Source: Thermosynechococcaceae cyanobacterium
GTDB taxonomy: Bacteria > Cyanobacteriota > Cyanobacteriia > Thermosynechococcales > Thermosynechococcaceae
Direction: 5' to 3'
Assembly (NCBI GenBank): GCA_041748255.1
Contig: JBGTDP010000137.1
Location: 1-30,328 of the forward strand
Length of the DNA: 30,328 nucleotides
Both the position numbers and the translations under genes were made by a program. How positions within the stretch are numbered: the first letter of the stretch is position 1; each line of letters opens with the position of its first letter. Positions 12,353 through 22,315 of the stretch are shown here, piece by piece. A model generated the notes under the pieces. That model saw only the letters and a list, made by a program, of their open reading frames with translations, was not told the DNA's origin and ran no database searches.

Positions 12353-12485
12353 ACCTGCCAGCCCTCAGTTGCTGGCTTGACCCGGCTGATTAAAGCAAGG
12401 GTGTTTAGCAAGCAGGATTAAGCCCAAGGGTGGTCATTAGCAATGTCTAATGCCTGTGTCAAATTAGTTTTGTTCTTAAATCTAA

Positions 12486-12743
<258 letters not shown>

Positions 12744-12753
12744 GCCTACCGGT

Positions 12754-12783
12754 TGCGTAGAGACGAAGCTCCGTCTCTGCGCA
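12754..12783 (+). repeat. 12-bp stem-loop after the c-subunit gene, resembling a GTAG-type REP palindrome
   Basis: TGCGTAGAGACG-AAGCTC-CGTCTCTGCGCA (one G-U pair) followed by TTTGGTTT. Single copy in the window. Confidence 0.65.
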
Positions 12784-12877
12784 TTTGGTTTGGAACTTTA
12801 AATCTTAGGTTGGAATTGGTTTTCTAAGGCTGTCTGCGATTGTCCACCCCTGCGATTAATGCTCAAGAAGGGAACAG

Positions 12878-13306
12878 ATGTTTGATTTTGATGCCACTTT
12901 GCCAGTGATGGCCATTCAGTTCTTGCTATTTACTGCAATTATGAATGTGGTTTTCTATAAACCCCTGACAAAAGCAATTGATGAGCGGAATCAGTACATC
13001 CGTTCAAGTAGAGCCGAGGCCCAAGAGCGGATTTCAAAAGCAAAACACCTGGCTGAGCAGTACGAGCAGGAACTTGCTCAGACCCGGCGTCAGTCACAGC
13101 AAGTGATTGAGTCTGCCCAAGCCGATGCTAAGGAGATGGCCGCCCAGCAAATTGCCGCTGCCCAGCAGGAAGTTCAAGCCCAGTTGCAGCAAACGCAGCA
13201 GGAGCTAGAACAGCAAAAGCAGCAAGCCTTGAGTTCCTTAGAAGGACAGGTTGAAGCCTTGAGCCACCAGATGCTAGAGAAGCTCTTGGGAGCTGCAAGT
13301 GGCTAA
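12878..13306 (+). CDS. atpF2: F0 subunit b' (cyanobacterial atpG)
   Basis: [17 protein letters not shown]...FYKPL N-terminal TM followed by a coiled coil. Confidence 0.96.
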   Translation: MFDFDATLPVMAIQFLLFTAIMNVVFYKPLTKAIDERNQYIRSSRAEAQERISKAKHLAEQYEQELAQTRRQSQQVIESAQADAKEMAAQQIAAAQQEVQAQLQQTQQELEQQKQQALSSLEGQVEALSHQMLEKLLGAASG

Positions 13307-13383
13307 TTGACAACCTTTCGGGAACGCAGGGTAACAAGCAATAGGCAGCACAATTTTGACTAACACCGTTATAGATGAGAATC

Positions 13384-13944
13384 ATGGGGACTTTTTTTTG
13401 GCTGGCAACTGAAGCGGTAGCTGAACTTCCAGAATCAGCTCACTCCGGTGGCTTTGGGTTAAACTTTAATATTTTAGAGACCAATTTAATCAACCTGGCC
13501 ATTGTAATTGGGGTGTTGATTTATTTTGGTCGTAGCTTCTTAGGAAAAATTTTGGCTGAGCGTCGAGCCACGATCGAAACTGAAATTAAAGAAGCAGAAG
13601 CTCGCAAGCGTCAAGCAGCCGAAGAGCTAGCTGATGAGCAGCAAAACCTATCCCAAGCGCAAACCCAAGCAGAGCAGATCCGCGCGGATGCCCAAACAAA
13701 TGCTAAAGCTGCCAAAGAAGCTATTTTAGCCCAGGCAAAACAAGATATTGAGCGGATTAAAGCTTCTGCCTCCCAAGATACAACCTCTAGCCAAGAGCGA
13801 GCAGTGGCCCAGTTGCGTCAGCAGGTGGCGATGATGGCCCTAAAAAAAGCCGAGTCAGAGGTAACTGCTCAGTTAGAAAATAATCCCGAGACCCAACGCC
13901 AATTAGTTGATCACAGTATTGCCTCCCTAGGGGGTCGCTCATGA
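13384..13944 (+). CDS. atpF: F0 subunit b
   Basis: [28 protein letters not shown] followed by a coiled coil. Start at MGTF (13384) preferred; the ORF track uses 13375. Confidence 0.96.
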   Translation: MGTFFWLATEAVAELPESAHSGGFGLNFNILETNLINLAIVIGVLIYFGRSFLGKILAERRATIETEIKEAEARKRQAAEELADEQQNLSQAQTQAEQIRADAQTNAKAAKEAILAQAKQDIERIKASASQDTTSSQERAVAQLRQQVAMMALKKAESEVTAQLENNPETQRQLVDHSIASLGGRS

Positions 13945-14501
13945 GCCAAAATCTTATCAATGCTGAAATTGTTGAGCCCTATGCTGAAGCTTTAATGTCG
14001 GTGGCTCAATCTGAAAACCTCACTGATCAGGTTGGGGAAAATGTAAATTTCCTCCTGGACGTGTTGCACTCTTCAGAAGAACTGCAGCAGTTTATCGCTA
14101 ATCCTTTGATTAAAGCCGAAGATAAAAAAGCGGTGTTGAGGCAAATTGCTCAAGAGCAAGTTCATGCCTACACCTTGAACTTTTTAATGCTGCTGGTGGA
14201 TCGGCGGCGAATTTTTCTTTTAGAAGCCATTTGTAAGCAGTACCAAGCCCTGCTGCGCAAGCTCAACAAAACCGTTCTGGCTGAAGTAATCTCGACCATT
14301 GACCTGACTGAAGCCCAGCAGGAGACTGTATCAGAACAAGTCAAAGCAATGACTGGCGCTCAGCAGGTTGAACTAGAGACCAGTCTCGATCAAGACTTAA
14401 TTGGGGGCGTGATTATCAAAGTTGGCTCTCAAGTGTTAGACGCCAGTATTCGCGGCCAGCTTCGTCGGCTCAGTAACTCTTTGATGAGTGCAGCCGGATA
14501 G
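13941..14501 (+). CDS. atpH: F1 subunit delta (cyanobacterial atpD)
   Basis: [30 protein letters not shown]; 4-nt ATGA overlap with atpF. Confidence 0.97.
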   Translation: MSQNLINAEIVEPYAEALMSVAQSENLTDQVGENVNFLLDVLHSSEELQQFIANPLIKAEDKKAVLRQIAQEQVHAYTLNFLMLLVDRRRIFLLEAICKQYQALLRKLNKTVLAEVISTIDLTEAQQETVSEQVKAMTGAQQVELETSLDQDLIGGVIIKVGSQVLDASIRGQLRRLSNSLMSAAG

Positions 14502-14549
14502 TTTTTTACCGTTATTTCATTCCTTGGAAACCTACTCAAAGTAACTCCC

Positions 14550-16067
14550 ATGGTAAGCATCAGACCTGACGAAATTAGCAGCATTATCAAGCAGCAGATC
14601 CAAGAATACGATCAGGACGTTAAAGTCGCCAATGTTGGCACTGTTCTGCAAGTGGGTGATGGGATTGCCCGGGTCTATGGCCTGGAAAAGGCCATGGCCG
14701 GCGAACTGCTGGAATTTGAAGATGGCACGGTGGGAATTGCCCTAAATTTGGAAGAAGATAATGTTGGGGCTGTGTTGATGGGCGATGGCCGGGAGCTGCA
14801 GGAAGGAAGTTCTGTGACCTCAACCGGTAAAATTGCCCAGATTCCGGTGGGAGACGAGACGGTTGGTCGGGTGCTTGATGCCCTGGCCCGTCCGATTGAT
14901 GGCAAAGGGGACATTCAAAGCTCTGAGAACCGCTTGATTGAATCTCCAGCCCCTGGAATTATTGCCCGTAAATCAGTTTATGAACCGCTGCAAACCGGGA
15001 TTACGGCGATTGATTCGATGGTTCCGATTGGTCGGGGCCAGCGGGAACTGATTATTGGCGATCGCCAAACCGGTAAAACTGCTGTTGCTGTCGATACCAT
15101 CCTCAACCAAAAAGGGGAGGATGTGATTTGTGTCTACGTTGCCATTGGTCAAAAAGCCTCCACGGTCGCTCAGGTAGTCGACGTTTTCCGGGAGCAGGGA
15201 GCCCTAGACTACACAATTGTGGTTGCCGCCAACGCTAATGCCCCGGCAACCTTGCAGTGGCTAGCTCCGTTTACTGGCGCTAGCTTGGCCGAATACTTTA
15301 TGTACAGAGGACGCCATACCCTGGTGGTCTACGACGATCTCTCCCGCCATGCCCAAGCCTACCGGCAGATGGCTCTGCTGCTACGTCGTCCCCCTGGCCG
15401 GGAAGCCTATCCTGGGGATGTTTTCTACCTGCACTCTCGGTTGCTGGAGCGGGCAGCAAAACTGAGTCCGGAGCTAGGGGAAGGGAGTATGACCGCCCTG
15501 CCGATTATTGAAACCCAGGCCGGGGACGTGTCTGCCTATATCCCCACCAATGTAATCTCAATTACCGATGGTCAGATTTTCCTCTCTTCTGATTTGTTTA
15601 ACGCTGGCTTAAGACCGGCAATTAACGCTGGGATTTCTGTGTCTCGGGTGGGGTCTGCGGCTCAAATCAAGGCCATGAAGCAGGTAGCCGGGAAACTCAA
15701 GTTAGAGCTAGCACAGTTTGCGGAACTCGAAGCCTTTTCTCAGTTTGCCTCTGACTTAGATAAAGCCACCCAAAATCAACTGGCTCGAGGTCAGCGACTG
15801 CGGGAACTTTTAAAGCAGCCCCAGTACTCTCCCCTGCCGGTGACTGAGCAGGTGGCGATTATTTATGCTGGGACTAACGGCTATCTTGATGATGTCCCGA
15901 TCGAGAAAATCACAAAGTTCACCCAGGGTCTGCGGGAATTTTTGCGCAACAGCAAGCCGCAGTTTGGGGAGATGATCCGCTCAGAAAAGAAACTGGGTGA
16001 TGAAGCCGAAGCGATGCTCAAAGAGGCGATCAACGAGTACAAGAAAAACTTCATGGCCTCTGCCTAA
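14550..16067 (+). CDS. atpA: F1 subunit alpha
   Basis: 505 aa, GDRQTGKT Walker [25 protein letters not shown]. Confidence 0.99.
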   Translation: MVSIRPDEISSIIKQQIQEYDQDVKVANVGTVLQVGDGIARVYGLEKAMAGELLEFEDGTVGIALNLEEDNVGAVLMGDGRELQEGSSVTSTGKIAQIPVGDETVGRVLDALARPIDGKGDIQSSENRLIESPAPGIIARKSVYEPLQTGITAIDSMVPIGRGQRELIIGDRQTGKTAVAVDTILNQKGEDVICVYVAIGQKASTVAQVVDVFREQGALDYTIVVAANANAPATLQWLAPFTGASLAEYFMYRGRHTLVVYDDLSRHAQAYRQMALLLRRPPGREAYPGDVFYLHSRLLERAAKLSPELGEGSMTALPIIETQAGDVSAYIPTNVISITDGQIFLSSDLFNAGLRPAINAGISVSRVGSAAQIKAMKQVAGKLKLELAQFAELEAFSQFASDLDKATQNQLARGQRLRELLKQPQYSPLPVTEQVAIIYAGTNGYLDDVPIEKITKFTQGLREFLRNSKPQFGEMIRSEKKLGDEAEAMLKEAINEYKKNFMASA

Positions 16068-16107
16068 AAAGCGTAATTGCCCCCCTGCTGACAAATAGAG
16101 AGAAACG

Positions 16108-17055
16108 ATGGCAAACCTTAAAGCGATTCGCGATCGGATTCAGTCGGTCAAAAATACCAAAAAAATCACTGAGGCTATGCGCTTAGTGGCTGCGGCCAAG
16201 GTGCGGCGGGCTCAAGAGCAAGTTACAGCTACCCGTCCCTTTGCTGACCGCTTGGCCCAGGTTCTGTACGGTCTGCAAGCCCGGCTGCGGTTTGAAGAAG
16301 CTAATCTGCCCCTGTTGAAGAACCGGGATATTCAAAAAGTTGGCCTGTTGGTCGTCACTGGCGATCGCGGCCTGTGTGGTGCTTACAACAACAACGTGAT
16401 TCGCCGTGCCGAAGACCGAGCTAAAGAGCTGACTCAAGAAGGCCTGGAGTACACCTACGTTTTAGTCGGGCGCAAGGCAATTCAGTACTTTCAGCGGCGG
16501 GAACAGCCGATTGATAAAACCTATGCCAACTTAGAGCAGATTCCCACGGCGGACGAGGCTTCTGATATTGCCGATGAGCTGCTATCTTTGTTTCTCTCAG
16601 AAACAGTGGATCGGGTGGAGTTAATTTATACCCGCTTTGTCTCTTTGGTGAGTTCCCGGCCAGTGATTCAGACCCTGCTCCCTCTAGATCCCCAAGGGTT
16701 AGAGGTGGCAGATGATGAGTTCTTCCGGCTGACCACCCGAGGCGGACAATTTCAAGTTGAGCGCCAAAAGGCAGAAGCCCCGACTCAAAGCCTTCCCCAA
16801 GACATGATTTTTGAGCAGGATCCAGTGCAAATTTTGAATGCCCTCCTGCCCCTGTATCTCAATAACCAGTTGCTGCGAGCTTTGCAGGAATCTGCTGCCA
16901 GTGAGCTGGCAGCGCGGATGACGGCGATGAACAACGCCAGTGACAATGCCTCAGACCTGATTAGTAGCTTGACGCTCTCCTATAACAAAGCCCGTCAGGC
17001 TTCGATTACCCAGGAAATTTTAGAGGTAGTTGGGGGAGCCGAAGCCCTGGGCTAA
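16108..17055 (+). CDS. atpG: F1 subunit gamma (cyanobacterial atpC)
   Basis: [19 protein letters not shown], cyanobacterial insert ([12 protein letters not shown]) without the plastid regulatory Cys pair, [12 protein letters not shown]. Confidence 0.99.
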   Translation: MANLKAIRDRIQSVKNTKKITEAMRLVAAAKVRRAQEQVTATRPFADRLAQVLYGLQARLRFEEANLPLLKNRDIQKVGLLVVTGDRGLCGAYNNNVIRRAEDRAKELTQEGLEYTYVLVGRKAIQYFQRREQPIDKTYANLEQIPTADEASDIADELLSLFLSETVDRVELIYTRFVSLVSSRPVIQTLLPLDPQGLEVADDEFFRLTTRGGQFQVERQKAEAPTQSLPQDMIFEQDPVQILNALLPLYLNNQLLRALQESAASELAARMTAMNNASDNASDLISSLTLSYNKARQASITQEILEVVGGAEALG

Positions 17056-17073
17056 AAGATCTTAACTCTGCCC

Positions 17074-17104
17074 ACAGCGTCTGCAACCCAGGCGCTGTTT
17101 TTTT
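17074..17104 (+). terminator. Rho-independent terminator of the atp operon
   Basis: ACAGCGTCTG-CAACC-CAGGCGCTGT (10-bp stem, one G-U pair) followed by a T run. Confidence 0.85.
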
Positions 17105-17178
17105 GCAGTAATTTAAGATCTTGCTGGGCTATAGTTGAGGTCATCTGTTCTATTAAGTTTTAAGTCAGCACCTGCCCT

Positions 17179-18174
17179 ATGAAAGTGCTAGTAACTGGCG
17201 TTGCCGGATTTATTGGCTATCACCTGGCCCAACGCTTACTGGCCCAAGGGCAGCAAGTTTGGGGAATTGATAACCTCAACCCTTACTACGATGTCAATCT
17301 CAAGCAAGCCCGGTTAGATCAATTAAAGCCTCAGCCAGAATTTAACTTTCAGCTTCTGGACCTTGCCGATCGCCCTGGGATGACTCGCTTATTTGAGGAG
17401 CAGCAGTTTGAGTGCGTGGTTAACATGGCTGCCCAGGCCGGGGTACGCTACTCTCTCCAGAACCCCTTTGCCTACGTTGATAGCAACTTGACCGGATTTG
17501 TAAATTTGCTAGAAGGATGCCGACATCATCAGGTTCCCCACCTGGTTTTTGCCTCTTCCAGCTCTGTCTATGGTGCCAACGTCAAGGTTCCCTTCTCCGT
17601 GGCAGATAATGTTGATCATCCTGTTTCTCTCTACGCCGCCAGTAAAAAGGCCAATGAGCTAATGGCCCATGCCTATAGCCATCTTTATCAACTGCCAACA
17701 ACCGGCTTACGCTTTTTTACTGTCTATGGCCCCTGGGGCCGTCCGGACATGGCCTATTTTAAGTTTGTCAAGGCAATTGAAGCCGGACAGCCGATTGATG
17801 TTTATAACTACGGCAAAATGCAGCGGGACTTTACCTACATTGACGATGTGGTTGAAGGGGTGGTGCGGGTTATGGATCAGCCCCCCCAGGGTCAAAGCGC
17901 TGCCGCTCAGGGCTTAAATACAAATGCCCCCTACAAGCTTTACAACATTGGCAACCACAGTCCGGTAGCCTTAGAGAAGTTTATTGCTGTGATCGAGCAG
18001 GTTCTGGGCAAAACCGCCCAAAGGAATCTCCTGCCGATGCAACCGGGGGATGTTCCGGCAACCTACGCCGACGTGGAAGATTTAGTTCGAGATGTCGGGT
18101 TCAAGCCAGATACGCCGATCGAAGTTGGGATTGAGCGGTTTGTGCAGTGGTATCGAGATTATTATTCAACCTAG
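17179..18174 (+). CDS. NAD-dependent epimerase, UDP-glucuronate 4-epimerase type (CapI/LpsL-like)
   Basis: TGVAGFIG, AAQAGVRYS, YAASK (YxxxK), GLRFFTVYGPWGRPDMA, QPGDVPATYAD. Confidence 0.9.
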   Translation: MKVLVTGVAGFIGYHLAQRLLAQGQQVWGIDNLNPYYDVNLKQARLDQLKPQPEFNFQLLDLADRPGMTRLFEEQQFECVVNMAAQAGVRYSLQNPFAYVDSNLTGFVNLLEGCRHHQVPHLVFASSSSVYGANVKVPFSVADNVDHPVSLYAASKKANELMAHAYSHLYQLPTTGLRFFTVYGPWGRPDMAYFKFVKAIEAGQPIDVYNYGKMQRDFTYIDDVVEGVVRVMDQPPQGQSAAAQGLNTNAPYKLYNIGNHSPVALEKFIAVIEQVLGKTAQRNLLPMQPGDVPATYADVEDLVRDVGFKPDTPIEVGIERFVQWYRDYYST

Positions 18175-18962
18175 CTGTACTTTAGAAATGCCATCCCCTT
18201 AAAGATCAGCTGGGGGTCTGCAATTACAGGGGGAGATTCTTGGACGCTTGCGATTGCTCCTGAAGCTTGCAGATAGTTATAAAGACGCCCGCAATCGCCG
18301 CCAGTGATCACAACCGGGCTTTGCGGAAACCGCTGCCGCCAGGACTGGATAAATTCCTGAATCCCCGCCAGCAGCGTGTAGACAATTCCAGCTTGAATTG
18401 CCTCAGAGGTATTCCTGGCCCAATGGCAGGGTAATTGCCTCGGAAAGTCCACCTGGGGCAGATCGGCGGTAGATGCTCCCAGGGATTGCCCCTGTAAGCC
18501 CAATCCAGCTAAGATGGCTCCTCCCGTGAAGCAGCGGTTTTGGTCGGCGCCACTGAAGGTCAGGGCCGTACCTGCATCTATCACTAGAACCGGCCAGCCA
18601 TAACATTCACTAGCCCCCCACAGGGCCACTGCCCGATCGACTCCCAAGGTGGGATAGGTGGCTTGCAGGGGGATCTGCTCCAAGGTAAGAGTTTTCACCT
18701 GGGGATAGGGTTTGAAATAGGCAGTTTGGGCCGGGACAACGGAGGTAATCAACAGCGGTAGCCAGGTGCCAACTTTGAATGGCTGTTTCCGGTATTTTGA
18801 GAGGAAGGTCGGTAGATCAATAGCCCTTACCAGCTGATCTAAGCTTTGAGCTTGACTTGCCTCAAGATGTGCAGTCTCCCAAGTTTCCTGCACCAGGTCC
18901 CCGCTCATCCAGGCCCAGTGCAGCCGGGAGTTACCAATACTTAGGGCCAGCCAGGTGTCCAC
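18171..18962 (-). CDS. coaX: Type III pantothenate kinase
   Basis: SIGNSRLHW, GVDR, VIDAGTALTF, GGAILAG, NTSEAIQAG, ITGGD motifs. Confidence 0.88.
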   Translation of the reverse strand: MDTWLALSIGNSRLHWAWMSGDLVQETWETAHLEASQAQSLDQLVRAIDLPTFLSKYRKQPFKVGTWLPLLITSVVPAQTAYFKPYPQVKTLTLEQIPLQATYPTLGVDRAVALWGASECYGWPVLVIDAGTALTFSGADQNRCFTGGAILAGLGLQGQSLGASTADLPQVDFPRQLPCHWARNTSEAIQAGIVYTLLAGIQEFIQSWRQRFPQSPVVITGGDCGRLYNYLQASGAIASVQESPPVIADPQLIFKGMAFLKYS

Positions 18963-20054
18963 TTAAAAAGAAATAATTAAATATCCATCTTGAAATTTAG
19001 CACCCGTTACTTGCTTGCCCTTTAATTCCGGGGGCAAAAAGAGGTTACGCCGCTGGTCACCCGCTTCAACAGTCACCTCAGGGCCGTATTGGGTAAGCTT
19101 GACCTGCTTTTTATCAAATCCGGGTAAAAACAGACTCACCTGACGCTGAGCGGTGTCAACTGTAATCGGTCTGGGTGCTTGGCCAACCTGAGTAAAGTCT
19201 GGCAAGGCATCGATCAGCGGTTGCCACTCTCCTGGAGAGACCGAAGGCACCACTTGGGTCGAAAGCGGCGTGAACTCGGCAGTAGCCTCAGGGGTGGTGG
19301 TTTGGTTGAGTAGCACGCCCCCAACCGTCAGGCCAACCTGTTGGGCACTGCCCCAGAGATATTTAGCAGCGGCGATCGCCAGCGGATCTGGCGTGGTGAC
19401 CAGATAGGCAGCCACCCGGTTGGGGTCTGCTAGGGCTGCTTTGCCCTGATCCAAAATATTGTTTACCTCTCCCACGGGTTGGGCAAAGTTGTCCCCAGAC
19501 CAATTCACATTCAAAACCGCGCTGGTAATCGGTTGAATAAAGGGGGAAAGGGTTTTGCCTAGATCCGAATCGGCAAACACCTTGCGAAAGCGGCGAGTAT
19601 ACCAACTTAGAATTTCTGGCATTCCCAGCATTCGCAGGGTTGTCTCATCGCCAGCGCTGTCGTAGACAATCACATCGTATTCGCCACTGTGCTCATATTC
19701 GCGAATCGCATTCAGTCCCAGGGCACTATCCATTCCTGGTAGGACCCCTAACTCTTGCCCAAAAACCTCCTTAAAAAAAGGAGTTCTTACATACTGAGCT
19801 TCTAACTTTTTAACTTCCTCCCAACTGCGCTCTAGGAGGACGGCGGCTTGAAACTGCACTGCTTTCAGGTTGGGGGCAATCGCTTGGGGATCGGCACTCA
19901 AAGGCTGATCCAGCAATAAGCTCAAGGCCGGTCCTGAGGACTGTCCGGCAAGTAAGACCCGTTTCCCTTGCTGGGCAAACTGCTTGGCCGCGGCGATCGC
20001 CATCGTGGTTTTGCCAGTTCCACCCTTGCCCAAAAATGTCAAAATCAAAGCCAT
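18963..20054 (-). CDS. ArsA/Get3-family ATPase with a C-terminal alpha-crystallin domain (Get3d-like)
   Basis: GKGGTGKTT P-loop, GQELGVLPGMDSAL, degenerate switch motifs, and an HSP20-like C-terminus (LFLPGFDKKQVKLTQYGPEVTVEAGDQRRNLFLP). Single ATPase domain, no As-binding Cys. Confidence 0.85.
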   Translation of the reverse strand: MALILTFLGKGGTGKTTMAIAAAKQFAQQGKRVLLAGQSSGPALSLLLDQPLSADPQAIAPNLKAVQFQAAVLLERSWEEVKKLEAQYVRTPFFKEVFGQELGVLPGMDSALGLNAIREYEHSGEYDVIVYDSAGDETTLRMLGMPEILSWYTRRFRKVFADSDLGKTLSPFIQPITSAVLNVNWSGDNFAQPVGEVNNILDQGKAALADPNRVAAYLVTTPDPLAIAAAKYLWGSAQQVGLTVGGVLLNQTTTPEATAEFTPLSTQVVPSVSPGEWQPLIDALPDFTQVGQAPRPITVDTAQRQVSLFLPGFDKKQVKLTQYGPEVTVEAGDQRRNLFLPPELKGKQVTGAKFQDGYLIISF

Positions 20055-20312
20055 TAAACCGTTCCTATACCCGTATACAATTCATTGATCCGGCTTGGAG
20101 TTGAAATCCAATTCAAGTAGCCTTCTAATCCTAGCGGTCTCCTGATCGTCCTGTCTTTAGATCCTTGTGGAGAGCCTAAGTGGCTATTGTCCTGGGGATT
20201 CCCTAAGAATTCCATCCAGCTAGAGTCAGAGATTGCACTAGAAGAAATCCCGATAAAGGGCTGATTGAAATGTGTCTCAGGCTATGGTGGATAAAGCTTA
20301 AGAGGAATATAA

Positions 20313-21083
20313 ATGCTGGCCAAGAGAATTCTGCCCTGCTTGGATGTCAAAGCCGGCCGGGTTGTCAAAGGGGTCAACTTTGTCAATCTCCGAGATGCTG
20401 GAGATCCGGTGGCCCTAGCCCAGGTTTATAACCAGGCCGGGGCTGACGAGCTGGTGTTTTTGGATATCACCGCCACCCATGAAGACCGCGGTATCATCTT
20501 TGATGTCGTGCATCGCACTGCTGAGCAGGTATTTATTCCCCTGACGGTGGGGGGCGGGATTCAAACCTTAGAAACAATCAAAAAATTGTTAAGGGCTGGG
20601 GCCGATAAAATCAGTATTAACTCCGCTGCCGTCCGCCAGCCAGGGCTAATCAATCAGGCCAGCGATCGCTTTGGGACCCAATGTATTGTGGTGGCGATCG
20701 ATGCCCGCCGCCGTCCAGACACCGCTGATCCAGGGTGGGATGTGTATGTACGGGGCGGACGGGAAAAGACCCCTTTAGATGCGATCTCCTGGGCTCAGGA
20801 AGTCGAACAGCGAGGCGCCGGGGAGCTACTGATCACCAGTATGGATGCCGATGGTACCCAAGCCGGTTACGACTTAGAATTAACCCGCACCATTGCTGAA
20901 GCCGTTCAGATTCCAGTCATTGCCTCTGGAGGGGCCGGAAATTGTGACCATATCCGGGCAGCGTTTACGGAGGGTCACGCAGAAGCTGCGTTACTGGCTT
21001 CCCTACTCCACTATGGTCAATTGACAATTGCTCAAATCAAGGAAGATCTTGCGGCTCACCAGATTCCGGTTCGCCGCACCTAG
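20313..21083 (+). CDS. hisF: Imidazole glycerol phosphate synthase cyclase subunit
   Basis: [42 protein letters not shown]. Confidence 0.98.
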   Translation: MLAKRILPCLDVKAGRVVKGVNFVNLRDAGDPVALAQVYNQAGADELVFLDITATHEDRGIIFDVVHRTAEQVFIPLTVGGGIQTLETIKKLLRAGADKISINSAAVRQPGLINQASDRFGTQCIVVAIDARRRPDTADPGWDVYVRGGREKTPLDAISWAQEVEQRGAGELLITSMDADGTQAGYDLELTRTIAEAVQIPVIASGGAGNCDHIRAAFTEGHAEAALLASLLHYGQLTIAQIKEDLAAHQIPVRRT

Positions 21084-21168
21084 CCCTATCGATTGGAAAT
21101 AAAAACAGGTGTTACATCTGCTGGTTAGCAGATCATTCCTGCTTGTTTCCTTTACAATACGTAAAGTT

Positions 21169-21477
21169 ATGATTATATTTCTAATCGTCGTTATTGGTCT
21201 GGTCATCTGGTCTCTGCATCTGATGCAGCAGGCTATGGCGTACCGCGAATTTTCCTTGATGCTAGCGGGGACGCTAGTGGCCATTTCTGCTGCTGGGGTG
21301 ATGGTGGTGTACTTTTTAATGGGCAGTTACATGGGTTATATGACCCAAGGGGCTTACCCACCTGCTTTGACTGAAGTTCCTGCCAATGCTCTGGTAGAAT
21401 CCACTGCTACCGCTGCCAACCAAGCTGAGCAAATTTTCTTAAAGCCATTTAAGCCTGACTCTGCCCTAGATATCTAA
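21169..21477 (+). CDS. Small two-TM hypothetical membrane protein
   Basis: From ATG 21169: MIIFLIVVIGLVIWSLHLMQQA...EFSLMLAGTLVAISAAGVMVVYFLM plus a polar tail; co-oriented between hisF and menG. The ORF track start at 21109 (GTG) is probably too long. Confidence 0.7.
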   Translation: MIIFLIVVIGLVIWSLHLMQQAMAYREFSLMLAGTLVAISAAGVMVVYFLMGSYMGYMTQGAYPPALTEVPANALVESTATAANQAEQIFLKPFKPDSALDI

Positions 21478-21484
21478 GCTTTGC

Positions 21485-22201
21485 GTGACCACTGATTCAA
21501 CCCCTTCAGAGCAAGTTCGGACTCTCTTCAATCGAATTGCCCCGGTTTACGACGAACTCAATAATGGGCTTAGTTTGGGCCTCCACCGGGTTTGGAAGCA
21601 AATGGCCTTGAAATGGAGCCAGCCTTTTCCGGGGGCAACCTGCCTAGACCTTTGTTGTGGTAGCGGTGATCTTGCTCAAATGCTAGCCCAGCAAGCAGGC
21701 CCAACGGGCCAGGTCTATGGGGTGGATTTTTCTTCAGAACAGTTGACTGTTGCCCGCCAGCGAGCTGAAAAGCAAGCTTTAACCGCCCGGATTCACTGGC
21801 TAGAGGCAGATGTGCTGCACTTGCCCTTTGCTGATCAGCATATTGATGTGGTGACAATGGGCTATGGGCTACGAAATATTAGCGATATTCCGGCCTGCTT
21901 GGCAGAGATACAACGGGTGCTAAAGCCAGGTTGTCATGCGGCAATTTTAGATTTCCATCAACCGAATCATCCTGGTTTACGCCTCTTTCAGAATTGGTAC
22001 TTAGAACACATCGTTGTGCGGACTGCGGCCAAGTTTAATCTGACCCAAGAATATGCTTACCTAGGTCCCAGTCTTGATCGATTTCCTCAAGGTCCTGAGC
22101 AAGTCAACCTGGCCTACAAAGCTGGATTTAGCAAAGCAGTCCACTACCCGATTGCTGGGGGCATGATGGGAGTCTTGGTGACAACTAAAGCCGCAAATTA
22201 A
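21485..22201 (+). CDS. menG: Demethylphylloquinone/demethylmenaquinone methyltransferase (UbiE/MenG)
   Basis: LFNRIAPVYD..N..LSLGLH..WK, LDLCCGSGD, MGYGLRN, EIQRVLKPG, YAYL..SL.RFP. Confidence 0.9.
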   Translation: MTTDSTPSEQVRTLFNRIAPVYDELNNGLSLGLHRVWKQMALKWSQPFPGATCLDLCCGSGDLAQMLAQQAGPTGQVYGVDFSSEQLTVARQRAEKQALTARIHWLEADVLHLPFADQHIDVVTMGYGLRNISDIPACLAEIQRVLKPGCHAAILDFHQPNHPGLRLFQNWYLEHIVVRTAAKFNLTQEYAYLGPSLDRFPQGPEQVNLAYKAGFSKAVHYPIAGGMMGVLVTTKAAN

Positions 22202-22315
22202 ATTCAAAGACTAGAATTAAGCCCCATCGCCAGAAGCAAAAACAGTAATCTAAACTTAGGGGGGTGACAGGGGTGCCTATTGAGAATATTTTGGAATAAA
22301 GAATCGGAGTCAACT

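Noticed and set aside
18930-18962. coaX pseudogene or inactive enzyme because SIGNS replaces DxGNT
   Set aside because: The other PanK-III motifs are intact, and I recall cyanobacterial homologues commonly lacking this Asp.
18963-20054. Arsenite-efflux ArsA
   Set aside because: Single ATPase domain, no metalloid-binding Cys, an alpha-crystallin tail and no ars genes nearby.
20055-20312. Hidden DUF2862 small gene upstream of the Get3d-like ATPase
   Set aside because: I looked on the minus strand for the recalled WFF motif and found none, and the ORF track shows no ORF of 60 aa or more here.
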